DNA from: Bacteroidia bacterium
Lineage (GTDB): Bacteria; Bacteroidota; Bacteroidia; Bacteroidales; CAJPTX01
DNA: 43,403 nucleotides
Assembly (NCBI GenBank): GCA_905373665.1
Contig: CAJPTV010000002.1
Span: forward strand, 1 to 43,403
Direction: 5' to 3'
Position 1 is the stretch's first letter; every line of letters starts with the position of its first letter. Of the stretch, positions 1-8,395 are shown in pieces. The notes under the pieces are model-generated. The model saw only the letters and a program-made list of their open reading frames with translations. It had not been told where the DNA came from and did no database searches. Made by a program: the position numbers and the translations under genes.

Positions 1-2276
1 TCGTCGGTATCTTCGGGGCGACCGACGTGCGTGCCCTCTTGGATGCCAACAAGGAGGAGCGTGACCCCGTGATGCTCTTCTACGAAGATTTCCTTACTGC
101 TTACAACCCCGCAGGGCGCAAGGCGCGCGGCGTCTACTACACCCCAGCTCCCGTAGTGTCGTTCATCGTCCGCATTATAGATGACCTTTTGCAAAAGGAG
201 TTTGGGTTAAAGGAGGGACTGGCAGATCATTCGCAAACCGCTGATGGGAAGCACCGCCTGCAAATCCTAGACCCTGCTACGGGGACGGGCACCTTCCTTG
301 TTGAGGTGGTTCGCGCCATTTACAGCAAGTTCGCAGGGCAAACAGGCGTGTGGAACAACTACGTCAAAGACCACCTCCTCCCGCGCCTCTATGGCTATGA
401 GATACTGATGGCGCCCTACGCCATGGCACACCTGAACCTAGAGTATGTCTTTCGCGAGACGGGGGCGACCGACCTTGGGAATGCGCGCTACGGCATCTAC
501 TTGACGAACACCTTGGAGGAAGAACATCCTGCCACAGGGGGGCTCTTTCCGATAGACGACCAAGCAGAGGCAGCGAACGCGCTCAAACAGCGCATGCGGG
601 TGATGGTCATGCTCGGCAACCCGCCCTATCGGCGCGATAGCAACAACAAGGGCGAGACGATAGAGAGGCTCATAAAGTCGTATAAAGCCAATCTAGAAGG
701 CGAACGTATCGTGCGGGCTCTTTCTGACGACTACATCAAGTTCATTCGTTACGCGCAAGAGAAGATAGAGCAAACAGGGGAGGGGATTGTCGCCTTTGTC
801 ACCAACAATAGCTTTCTTGATGGGAGTACGCACCGCACCATGCGCCAAGAGCTCCTGCGGGTCTTTGACGAAATCTACATTCTCAATTTACATGGGAGTC
901 GTCGGCTCAAAGAGAAGACCCCAGAAGGAGGAAAAGACGAAAACGTATTTGATATTCAAACAGGGGTCAGTATCAACCTTTTTGTGAAGAAGCAAAACAG
1001 TGAACCTAAGCGACCAGCGACGCTCCACTACGCAGAACAGTATGGCTTGCGTGAAGAAAAATATGAAACCCTCAACACCCTGCGACTGGATAGCCCGTTG
1101 TGGAAAGAGCTGACGCCATATACCCCTAACTACTTTTTTGTAGACAAGGATCTCGCATTGGCGCAGACCTACGAAAAAGGCTTCTCGTTAGTTGAACTCT
1201 TTGAGTCGTATAGCGTCGGTGCTGTGGCGGGGCGCGATAGGGTCACGATTCAATTTAACAGGAACGAGACTTTGGATGCGATTCGCAAGATGCTTTCCAT
1301 GGACGTAGAAGCGTTTAGAACACTCTCTGGAAGTGGGAGCGACAGTAACAGATGGAAATTGCAAAATGCGATAAACGACATTAAGCGGCATAGAGAGAGC
1401 CTAACGATTATCCCCTTGTCTTACCGTCCGTACGACAATCGTTCTGCTGCTTACACGAATAGCAATGGGGGTATCTTTTTACATCCGTTGTACAAAAAGT
1501 TGGGCGTCCTACTCCACCCAGCGAATTTTGCTCTTTGCGCCACACGCTTTGTGAAAGCCTTTGACGTTTATCACCATTGCTTTATAGCTAAGTCGGTGCT
1601 GGAAAAAGGCTTTGTCTCAAACCGTACGAGCGAAAGCACCTACGCCTTCCCCCTCTATCGCCTCCCCGCAGGCTGTTCTTACACTCCCGCTGAGCTTGCC
1701 GCAGGTAAGACGAGTACGGGTGAGCCGATCCCCCTCGAACTCAATATGCGCCCCGAGGTGCTGGCAAAGATTAGCGAGGCGGTGGGAGAGCCCGTCTCGG
1801 GCGAGGAGCTCTTTGACTACGTTTACGGCGTTCTGCACGACCCCGAATACCGTATCAAATACTTTGAGTTTCTTAAGATAGACTATCCACATATACCCCA
1901 CCCGCAAAACCTAGCAGAATACCGCTTATTTGCCACGCGTGGGGCAAGGTTGCGTCGCCTGCACCTGATGGACGAGTCGCTCGAGCTGCCCCAAGTGGCT
2001 ACCTTCGAGGTGGCGGGGAGCAATGAGGTAACAGCGGTACGCTACGAAGAAACCCCTTTGGGTGAAAGAGACGTCCTTGATGGGAACGCCCCCGAGGGGC
2101 GGGTCTGGATTAACGACACGCAGTATTTTGCCCACGTTCCACGCCGCGTGTGGGATCATTACGTCGGGGCATATCAGCCTGCGCGTCTCTGGTTACAGAA
2201 GCGGGTAGGGCGTCGCCTAGACTTTGACGACGTCCGTTGGTATTTGCGGATGGTGGCAACGATAGCCGAATCTTAA
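1..2276 (+). CDS. Type ISP-like restriction-modification enzyme, N6-adenine methyltransferase plus target-recognition part; the 5' end lies outside the window
   Basis: The frame is open from base 3 with no stop, so the listed GTG at 27 is not the real start. Motifs: YYTPAPVV, SAM motif I ILDPATGTGTFL, catalytic motif IV GNPPY, FVTNNSFLDG. A long C-terminal specificity region follows, as in LlaGI/LlaBIII-type single-polypeptide enzymes. Confidence 0.8.
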   Translation, partial: VGIFGATDVRALLDANKEERDPVMLFYEDFLTAYNPAGRKARGVYYTPAPVVSFIVRIIDDLLQKEFGLKEGLADHSQTADGKHRLQILDPATGTGTFLVEVVRAIYSKFAGQTGVWNNYVKDHLLPRLYGYEILMAPYAMAHLNLEYVFRETGATDLGNARYGIYLTNTLEEEHPATGGLFPIDDQAEAANALKQRMRVMVMLGNPPYRRDSNNKGETIERLIKSYKANLEGERIVRALSDDYIKFIRYAQEKIEQTGEGIVAFVTNNSFLDGSTHRTMRQELLRVFDEIYILNLHGSRRLKEKTPEGGKDENVFDIQTGVSINLFVKKQNSEPKRPATLHYAEQYGLREEKYETLNTLRLDSPLWKELTPYTPNYFFVDKDLALAQTYEKGFSLVELFESYSVGAVAGRDRVTIQFNRNETLDAIRKMLSMDVEAFRTLSGSGSDSNRWKLQNAINDIKRHRESLTIIPLSYRPYDNRSAAYTNSNGGIFLHPLYKKLGVLLHPANFALCATRFVKAFDVYHHCFIAKSVLEKGFVSNRTSESTYAFPLYRLPAGCSYTPAELAAGKTSTGEPIPLELNMRPEVLAKISEAVGEPVSGEELFDYVYGVLHDPEYRIKYFEFLKIDYPHIPHPQNLAEYRLFATRGARLRRLHLMDESLELPQVATFEVAGSNEVTAVRYEETPLGERDVLDGNAPEGRVWINDTQYFAHVPRRVWDHYVGAYQPARLWLQKRVGRRLDFDDVRWYLRMVATIAES

Positions 2277-2354
2277 GGGCGGCGCGTGCCCTCAGCGAAA
2301 AGTGAGTAACCCCCGCTTTTCACTACCTTTACCTGCCAATAAATCAGGTTGACG

Positions 2355-4421
2355 ATGCGAAAACTTATCTTTATGGGGGCTATGGGTATGGCTGCACTAA
2401 GCTTCAGCTGTCAGGAGTTTAAGGAGAACACGGTGGTCAAGAAAGAGAACCTGCCGTGGACGGTAGATCAGTTTGCCGATATCTACATTATGCGTTACGA
2501 AGTGCCCGACTGGGACTCGCTTACGCTTCAGCAGAAGGAGCTTTGCTACTTCCTGAGCCAAGCGACACTGGCAGGACGAGACATCTTGTGGGATCAGAAC
2601 TACGAGTATAACCTCACCGTACGGCACGTCCTCGAAGCGATTTACGAAGGCTATACGGGGGAGCGCTCGGGCGAGAACTGGGAGGCCTTTATGGTCTACC
2701 TCAAGCGGGTCTGGTTCTCTAACGGGATTCATCACCACTACGGGGAGATGAAGATCATCCCCGAGTTTCCTCTTGCCTACCTAAACGATCTCATCAAGGG
2801 GACGCCAGTGGAATTCTTCCCCGAGGCCTACCAAGAGCCTAATATGTTGATTAACTTCATCCGCCCCATCCTCTTCGACCCCACCATTGCTGCTAAGCGG
2901 GTGAACAAAGAGGATGCTGGGGAGCGCGAGGATGTTGCCGTAGACCTCCTTCGCACCTCGGCAACGAACTTCTACAAGGGAGTGACCCAAGAGGAGGCAC
3001 AAGCCTTCTATGACAAGCTGGCAGACTCCGTAGGAAACGAGCGTTTAGCTTACGGGATGAACTCCCAACTCTGCAAGATCGACGGCGTCGTCCAAGAGCG
3101 CACGTGGAAGCTCGACGGGATGTATACCGAGGCGATAGAACAGATTATCTACTGGCTTGAAAAGGCGGAGAAGGTGGCAGAGAACGATGCGCAGGTAGCC
3201 ACGATCCGCAACCTTATCCGCTACTACAAATCGGGCGACTTGCACGACTTTAATGACTATTGCCTCCAGTGGGTGAAAGATACTGCCGCACGGGTGGACT
3301 TCGTTAACGGCTTTATCGAAGACTATGGCGACCCACTCGGGCGTAAGTGTAGCTGGGAAGGGCTCGTGAACTTCAAGAACATTGCTGCTACGCGCCGTAC
3401 GAAGATCCTCTCGGAGAATGCGCTGTGGTTTGAAGAGAATTCCCCCATTGACGAATCTTTCAAGCGTAAGGAGGTAAAGGGGATTACCGCTAAGGTGATC
3501 AACGCCGTAATGCTCGGCGGGGACTGCTACCCCTCTACCCCGATTGGGATTAACCTCCCCAATGCGAACTGGATTCGTGCGGAGCACGGCTCTAAGAGCG
3601 TGACCATTGAGAACATCACCAACTCTTACGAACAGGTATCGCAAGGCAATGGCTTCCTAGAAGAGTTTGCTAATAGCCCTGAGGAGGTGGCGCGCATCCG
3701 CAAGTATGGTTCTTTGAGCTCGAACCTCCATACGGACCTTCACGAATGTCTCGGACACGGGAGCGGTAAGCTCGCCGCAGGCGTAACGGGCGATGAGCTT
3801 AAGAACTACTCTGCTACGCTTGAAGAGGCGCGTGCCGATCTCTTTGGCTTGTACTACATCCGTGACCCCAAGATGGTGGAACTGGGTATCTTGCCCGAGG
3901 GGGAATACTCCGAAGCTGAGTACGATGGCTTTATTCGTAATGGGCTCATCACCCAATTGACGCGTATTAAGCCTGGCGACCAGATCGAAGAGGCGCACAT
4001 GCGTAACCGTGCCCTTATCGCCAACTGGTGCTTCGAACGCGGACAACAGAACAACGTGATCGAGTGGCAGAGCCGCGACGGCAAGCGTTATGTGAAAATC
4101 AATGACTACGACGCACTCCGTAACCTCTTCGGACAGCTCCTGCGCGAAATACAGCGCATTAAGAGTACGGGCGACTTCGAGGCAGGGCGTGCCCTCGTGG
4201 AACGCTATGCGGTGAAGGTCGACAAAGACCTCCATTCCGAAGTCCTCAAGCGTTACGCAAAGCTTAACATTGCGCCTTATGGCGGTTTTGTGAACCCGAT
4301 CCTCGAGCCCGTGATGGATGGCGAACAGATTGTGGACGTAAAGCTGCACTATACGACCGACTATGCCGCTCAAATGATGGAGTATGGTAAGAAACACTCC
4401 TTCCTCCCGTTAAAGAACTAG
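2355..4421 (+). CDS. Dipeptidyl-peptidase III (peptidase family M49), probable lipoprotein
   Basis: Zinc motifs HECLGH (HExxGH) and EEARAD are both present. The N-terminus MRKLIFMGAMGMAALSFSC looks like a lipoprotein signal. ATG 2355 is preferred over the TTG at 2349. Confidence 0.85.
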   Translation: MRKLIFMGAMGMAALSFSCQEFKENTVVKKENLPWTVDQFADIYIMRYEVPDWDSLTLQQKELCYFLSQATLAGRDILWDQNYEYNLTVRHVLEAIYEGYTGERSGENWEAFMVYLKRVWFSNGIHHHYGEMKIIPEFPLAYLNDLIKGTPVEFFPEAYQEPNMLINFIRPILFDPTIAAKRVNKEDAGEREDVAVDLLRTSATNFYKGVTQEEAQAFYDKLADSVGNERLAYGMNSQLCKIDGVVQERTWKLDGMYTEAIEQIIYWLEKAEKVAENDAQVATIRNLIRYYKSGDLHDFNDYCLQWVKDTAARVDFVNGFIEDYGDPLGRKCSWEGLVNFKNIAATRRTKILSENALWFEENSPIDESFKRKEVKGITAKVINAVMLGGDCYPSTPIGINLPNANWIRAEHGSKSVTIENITNSYEQVSQGNGFLEEFANSPEEVARIRKYGSLSSNLHTDLHECLGHGSGKLAAGVTGDELKNYSATLEEARADLFGLYYIRDPKMVELGILPEGEYSEAEYDGFIRNGLITQLTRIKPGDQIEEAHMRNRALIANWCFERGQQNNVIEWQSRDGKRYVKINDYDALRNLFGQLLREIQRIKSTGDFEAGRALVERYAVKVDKDLHSEVLKRYAKLNIAPYGGFVNPILEPVMDGEQIVDVKLHYTTDYAAQMMEYGKKHSFLPLKN

Positions 4422-4457
4422 AGAACCTCCCGTAAAACATTTTTTACAACCATTGCA

Positions 4458-5564
4458 ATGAAGAAAACACCATTGTGTGCCGTGCACGAAGCGCTTGGCG
4501 CAAAGATGCAGGAGTTTGCTGGCTACTTTATGCCAATCGAGTACGTAGGGATTAACGAAGAGCACCGCACCGTGCGCGAACAGGCGGGGATCTTCGACGT
4601 CTCCCATATGGGGGATATCTGGGTGCAGGGCCCTAAGGCCGTAGAACTCCTCCAGCGCGTGGGGTCTAACGATGTGGAAGCCCTCACGGACGGACAGGTG
4701 CAGTACTGCTGTTTCCCGAACAACGAGGGGGGGATTGTCGATGACTTCCTTACCTATCGCATCAGTGCAGAAAAGTACCTCTTGGTAGTCAATGCGGCGA
4801 ACCTCGACAAGGACTGGGCTTGGCTATGTCAACACGCCGAGGCGCTCGGGATGAAAGTGGGCGTAGACCTTGTGAACGCTTCGGAAGAGATGTCGCAGGT
4901 GGCGGTGCAGGGGCCTCTAGCAATGAAGATCGTGCAGAAGCTCGTGGCTGAGCCCGTGGAGGAGATGAAATACTACACCTTCAAGTACGTCGAGATGGCG
5001 GGAGTGAAGAATGTCCTTCTTTCCATTACGGGTTATACGGGGGCTGGCGGCTGTGAGATCTATTGCGCGAATGCCGACATTGTGACGATTTGGAATGCGC
5101 TCATCGAAGCGGGTAAGGAAGAGGGGTTGCGTCCTGCGGGGCTCGGGGCGCGCGATACGCTCCGTCTCGAAATGGGGTTCTGTCTCTACGGACATGACAT
5201 CAACGATACGACCTCGCCGATAGCCGCAGGGCTGGGCTGGATTACGAAGCTCACCGACAACAAGCCGAACCTCGTGGCACGTGCGCTGATCGAAAAGGTT
5301 AAGAGCGAGGGACCAGTATCGAAACTCGTGGGCTTTGAGATGGTAGATAAGGGCATCCCGCGCCAACACTACCCGATAGTCGATGCCGAGGGGGCAGTAA
5401 TTGGCGAAGTAACCTCGGGGACGATGTCGCCCTCGCTAAAGAAAGCAATCGGGATGGGCTATGTAAAGAAGGAGTTTTCTAAGGCTGGGACGGAGATCTA
5501 CATCCAAGTGCGGGGCAAGAATTTGAAAGCACAGGTCGTTAAAGTCCCTTTCTATAAAGGCTAA
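4458..5564 (+). CDS. gcvT: Glycine cleavage system aminomethyltransferase (T protein)
   Basis: 368 aa. The N-terminus [26 protein letters not shown]...[10 protein letters not shown] is typical GcvT. Length and the C-terminal barrel region are consistent. Confidence 0.95.
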   Translation: MKKTPLCAVHEALGAKMQEFAGYFMPIEYVGINEEHRTVREQAGIFDVSHMGDIWVQGPKAVELLQRVGSNDVEALTDGQVQYCCFPNNEGGIVDDFLTYRISAEKYLLVVNAANLDKDWAWLCQHAEALGMKVGVDLVNASEEMSQVAVQGPLAMKIVQKLVAEPVEEMKYYTFKYVEMAGVKNVLLSITGYTGAGGCEIYCANADIVTIWNALIEAGKEEGLRPAGLGARDTLRLEMGFCLYGHDINDTTSPIAAGLGWITKLTDNKPNLVARALIEKVKSEGPVSKLVGFEMVDKGIPRQHYPIVDAEGAVIGEVTSGTMSPSLKKAIGMGYVKKEFSKAGTEIYIQVRGKNLKAQVVKVPFYKG

Positions 5565-5657
5565 CCTCCTTAACGTTTCGTTGCGAGATAGCACTCTTCT
5601 TTAGCTTCTTTTTAGAAAAAGTTGTATCTCTGTAGTGCGAAAGCACTTCTCAATCTT

Positions 5658-5689
5658 AGGGCACGTCTTGTAGGCGTGCCTTTTATTTT
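5658..5689 (+). terminator. Rho-independent terminator downstream of gcvT
   Basis: GGCACG (5660-5665) pairs with CGTGCC (5675-5680), extendable by A-T and G-T pairs. It is followed directly by TTTTATTTT (5681-5689). Confidence 0.55.
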
Positions 5690-5766
5690 GGGTTAGAAAA
5701 GCCTAGTGGCGAGTGGCTATGAGGGGCTGGAAGGATCGTGGCTGTGCCCCCTACGGGGGCGAGAGT

Positions 5767-5774
5767 TATCTTTG
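5767..5774 (+). promoter_or_regulatory. Candidate Bacteroidota -7 promoter box (TAnnTTTG)
   Basis: TATCTTTG lies 20 nt upstream of ATG 5795. No clear -33 TTTG was seen. Confidence 0.35.
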
Positions 5775-5794
5775 CCCCAAAATCAGAGACTAGC

Positions 5795-6043
5795 ATGATA
5801 GACTATACAGGCATTGCAGAGGAGGAGTTGAAATTACGCGTGGCAGAGGACTTCTTCCCTCAATACGACACTGCACACCGCATCGGTAAGATAGATTTTG
5901 CCGTGACCCTCCGCAACCCGCAACCCGCAACCCGCAACCCGCAACCCGCAACCCGCAACCCGCAACCCGGCGGGCGATGCAACAATGTTGCAATCTCTGC
6001 TTTGGGCAGAAGCCAAGCGCGGCACGATAACCGATATCTATAA
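5795..6043 (+). pseudogene. 5' segment of the Type IIG-like methyltransferase gene, currently out of frame with the main ORF at the heptamer tract
   Basis: The ORF from ATG 5795 encodes MIDYTGIAEEELKLRVAEDFFPQYDTAHRIGKIDFAVTL, runs through the CCGCAAC tract, and stops at 6041-6043. It overlaps the 5985 ORF in another frame. Confidence 0.6.
5911..5969. repeat. Perfect tandem heptanucleotide repeat (CCGCAAC)x8 plus a partial CCG
   Basis: Counted directly: eight units span 5911-5966. The unit length is not a multiple of 3. There are no stop codons in any of the six frames. Confidence 0.98.
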
Positions 6044-8297
6044 GCCCCTTGTACAGCTCGTGCTGACCATCGGCAGAGCACGCACCTTTGAGACCTACCT
6101 ACCGCCCCCCTTCCTCGGCGTCTTGGATGCGGAGAAGATCGTCTTCTTGCCCTACAAGGAAATTATGCCCTTTTTCGCTCTTAATGACTTCAACTGGAAT
6201 GTAACCCCGTCTGACGACACAACGCGAGAATTTGGGCTATTATATGAAGCAATACGAACAAGTTTAGAGAAGGCGGGCGAGCTCTATTGCTACCGCTACG
6301 ACGCTCACACCGAGGAGCTGCGCGCATTCATCCAGCAGCACTTTTCGCAGGGCGGGAGTCAGATACAGGTCAATAAGAACAATTTCGTGGCAGTATACCA
6401 GCGGTGGTTGGCGACGGTGCAGCCGAGCATAGCCGTAGACTGGGCACTACTTAAAAAGCAGGGCATCATTGACGGGGACTTCTTTTTGGCAGACCTGCTC
6501 TCCGAACACAACCAGACGCTCAAGGAGGCGCTCTATGTGCTGTTGCAGGATAACCGCTATGTCTTTGACCGTCGTATCGACCTGAGTGGCTTTCTCATGG
6601 AGAAGCAGGTCTTTTTTAAGGACAAGCAACGCGCCCACACTCAGTTCTGGAGTCTCTACCAACGCCCGCCGCGCGAGGAGTATTGGGCGTATATCATCGA
6701 CCGGCGCGACCTCCTTGTGCCACAGGATGTGCGCGAACGCAAGGGGTCGTTCTTCACCCCGAAGCAATGGGTGGAGCTCTCGCAGCAGTATATAGCCGAT
6801 GTGCTGGGCGAGAACTGGCAAGAGGAGTACTACGTCTGGGACTGTGCGGCGGGCACGGGCAATCTGCTCAATGGGCTGACGAACAAGTACAACATCTGGG
6901 CCTCTACCCTCGACCCGCAAGACGTGCAGGTGATGAAAGATCGCATTGCCAACGGCGCGAACCTCCTCGAGAGCCACGTCTTCCAATTTGACTTCCTCAA
7001 CGACGAGTTTGATAAACTACCCGCAGGGTTGCAGGAGATAATCAATGACCCCGAGAAGCGGAGGAAGCTGGTCGTGTATATTAACCCGCCGTATGCGGAG
7101 GCGGGGAATGCGCGAACTCGAACGGGCGAGCGGAATAAGAGTGATGTTTCCAATACAACGCGCGTATGTGAGCAGTTTCGTTCGCAGCTCGGGTTGGGGA
7201 TACGAGAGCTCTTTGCGCAATTCCTCGTGCGTATTTACTCGGAGCTTCCTGCGTGTAACGTAGGCATATTTAGCACATTAAAATATTTGCAAGGTTCTAG
7301 TTTTAAGGCATTTCGGAACTTCTTTCTTGCCCGTCTACAGCGTGGCTTTCTCGTCCCAGCAGACACCTTCGATAATGTGAAAGGTGTATTCCCAATAGCA
7401 TTCTCCTTGTGGGATTTGTCTGAGAAACGACAATTTCGTGAGCACCTCTTTGATGTTTACCTTGTTGCCGCACAAAAACTCGCAACGTCGAAACGCATCT
7501 TAGCCTTGGAGGATAGCCCCCGTATTACGGACTGGATCGCGCGTTACCAAAAAAAGACAAATCCCATCGGTTATACGGGGAACTATGCCCCCGATTTACA
7601 ACACAACCAAGATCTTTACCTATCTAACCGTCAACTGGTGAACCGAAACCAAACTGTGAGTAATGCCACAAAGTATCGTATTGAGGCAAAAAACCTCATC
7701 CCGAGCTGTGTCTACTTTGCGACCCGTAAGGTAATATTACATACTTGGCTTAACAATCAAGACCAGTTCCTTTACCCAAACGACGGCTGGCAAACGGACA
7801 CAGAGTTCCAAACGAACTGCTTAGCTTTTACCCTTTTCCACGGAAAGAACAACATCCAGTCCCAATACGGCACTAACCATTGGATACCCTTCACCGAAGC
7901 AGAGGTCAATGCCCGCGACCGCTTTGAGAGTCACTTTATGACGGACTTCATGGCAGGGAAGCTTGCCAAGAACGAGAAAGAAAGTAACGGGAGTTTATTT
8001 CAATCCCAGTCGTTCGTCCCCACCGTGCCACTCGTCTTTTCGCCCGAGGCGACGGCGGTCTTTGATGCGGGACGCGAGCTCTGGCGCTACTATCATGCGC
8101 AACCCCACGCCAACCCCAATGCCTCGTATTACGACATTCGCGCGCATTTCCAAGGGCGTAACGGTCAGGGAAAGATGAACGCCAAAAGTGACGACGCGGA
8201 GTATATGCGCCTGTGGGGCAACCTCAAGGAGGCGATGGAGGTGCTGCGGCAGCAGATCGTCCCCAAGGTGTATGAGTATGGTTTTCTGATTAAGTAG
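5985..8297 (+). CDS. Gamma-class N6-adenine DNA methyltransferase with C-terminal target-recognition region (Type IIG-like)
   Basis: Motifs: FFTP, motif I VWDCAAGTGNLL, and motif IV VVYINPPYAEAG downstream of motif I. About 270 aa follow the catalytic core. ATG 5985 is the first start in this frame, which is closed upstream by TGA 5904-5906. Confidence 0.85.
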   Translation: MLQSLLWAEAKRGTITDIYKPLVQLVLTIGRARTFETYLPPPFLGVLDAEKIVFLPYKEIMPFFALNDFNWNVTPSDDTTREFGLLYEAIRTSLEKAGELYCYRYDAHTEELRAFIQQHFSQGGSQIQVNKNNFVAVYQRWLATVQPSIAVDWALLKKQGIIDGDFFLADLLSEHNQTLKEALYVLLQDNRYVFDRRIDLSGFLMEKQVFFKDKQRAHTQFWSLYQRPPREEYWAYIIDRRDLLVPQDVRERKGSFFTPKQWVELSQQYIADVLGENWQEEYYVWDCAAGTGNLLNGLTNKYNIWASTLDPQDVQVMKDRIANGANLLESHVFQFDFLNDEFDKLPAGLQEIINDPEKRRKLVVYINPPYAEAGNARTRTGERNKSDVSNTTRVCEQFRSQLGLGIRELFAQFLVRIYSELPACNVGIFSTLKYLQGSSFKAFRNFFLARLQRGFLVPADTFDNVKGVFPIAFSLWDLSEKRQFREHLFDVYLVAAQKLATSKRILALEDSPRITDWIARYQKKTNPIGYTGNYAPDLQHNQDLYLSNRQLVNRNQTVSNATKYRIEAKNLIPSCVYFATRKVILHTWLNNQDQFLYPNDGWQTDTEFQTNCLAFTLFHGKNNIQSQYGTNHWIPFTEAEVNARDRFESHFMTDFMAGKLAKNEKESNGSLFQSQSFVPTVPLVFSPEATAVFDAGRELWRYYHAQPHANPNASYYDIRAHFQGRNGQGKMNAKSDDAEYMRLWGNLKEAMEVLRQQIVPKVYEYGFLIK

Positions 8298-8395
8298 GAG
8301 GTGCAGTGCGTAGTCGCACAGAACAATTTCACGACAAGCGGTGCGTGACCGCACTGGACGATCTAGCACAAGGCGCCCCGTGCGGAGGGAAAAAA

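Noticed and set aside
5738-5794. GTG 5738 as the start of the ORF upstream of the heptamer tract
   Set aside because: This start would place a GC-rich hairpin (GCCCCC-TAC-GGGGGC, 5746-5760) and the TATCTTTG box inside the coding region. ATG 5795 just downstream of the box is the more plausible start.
5790-6081. Three minus-strand ORFs (63-73 aa) crossing the heptamer tract
   Set aside because: They exist only because the repeat has no stop codon in any frame. They encode low-complexity (RVAGCGL)n peptides and overlap one another.
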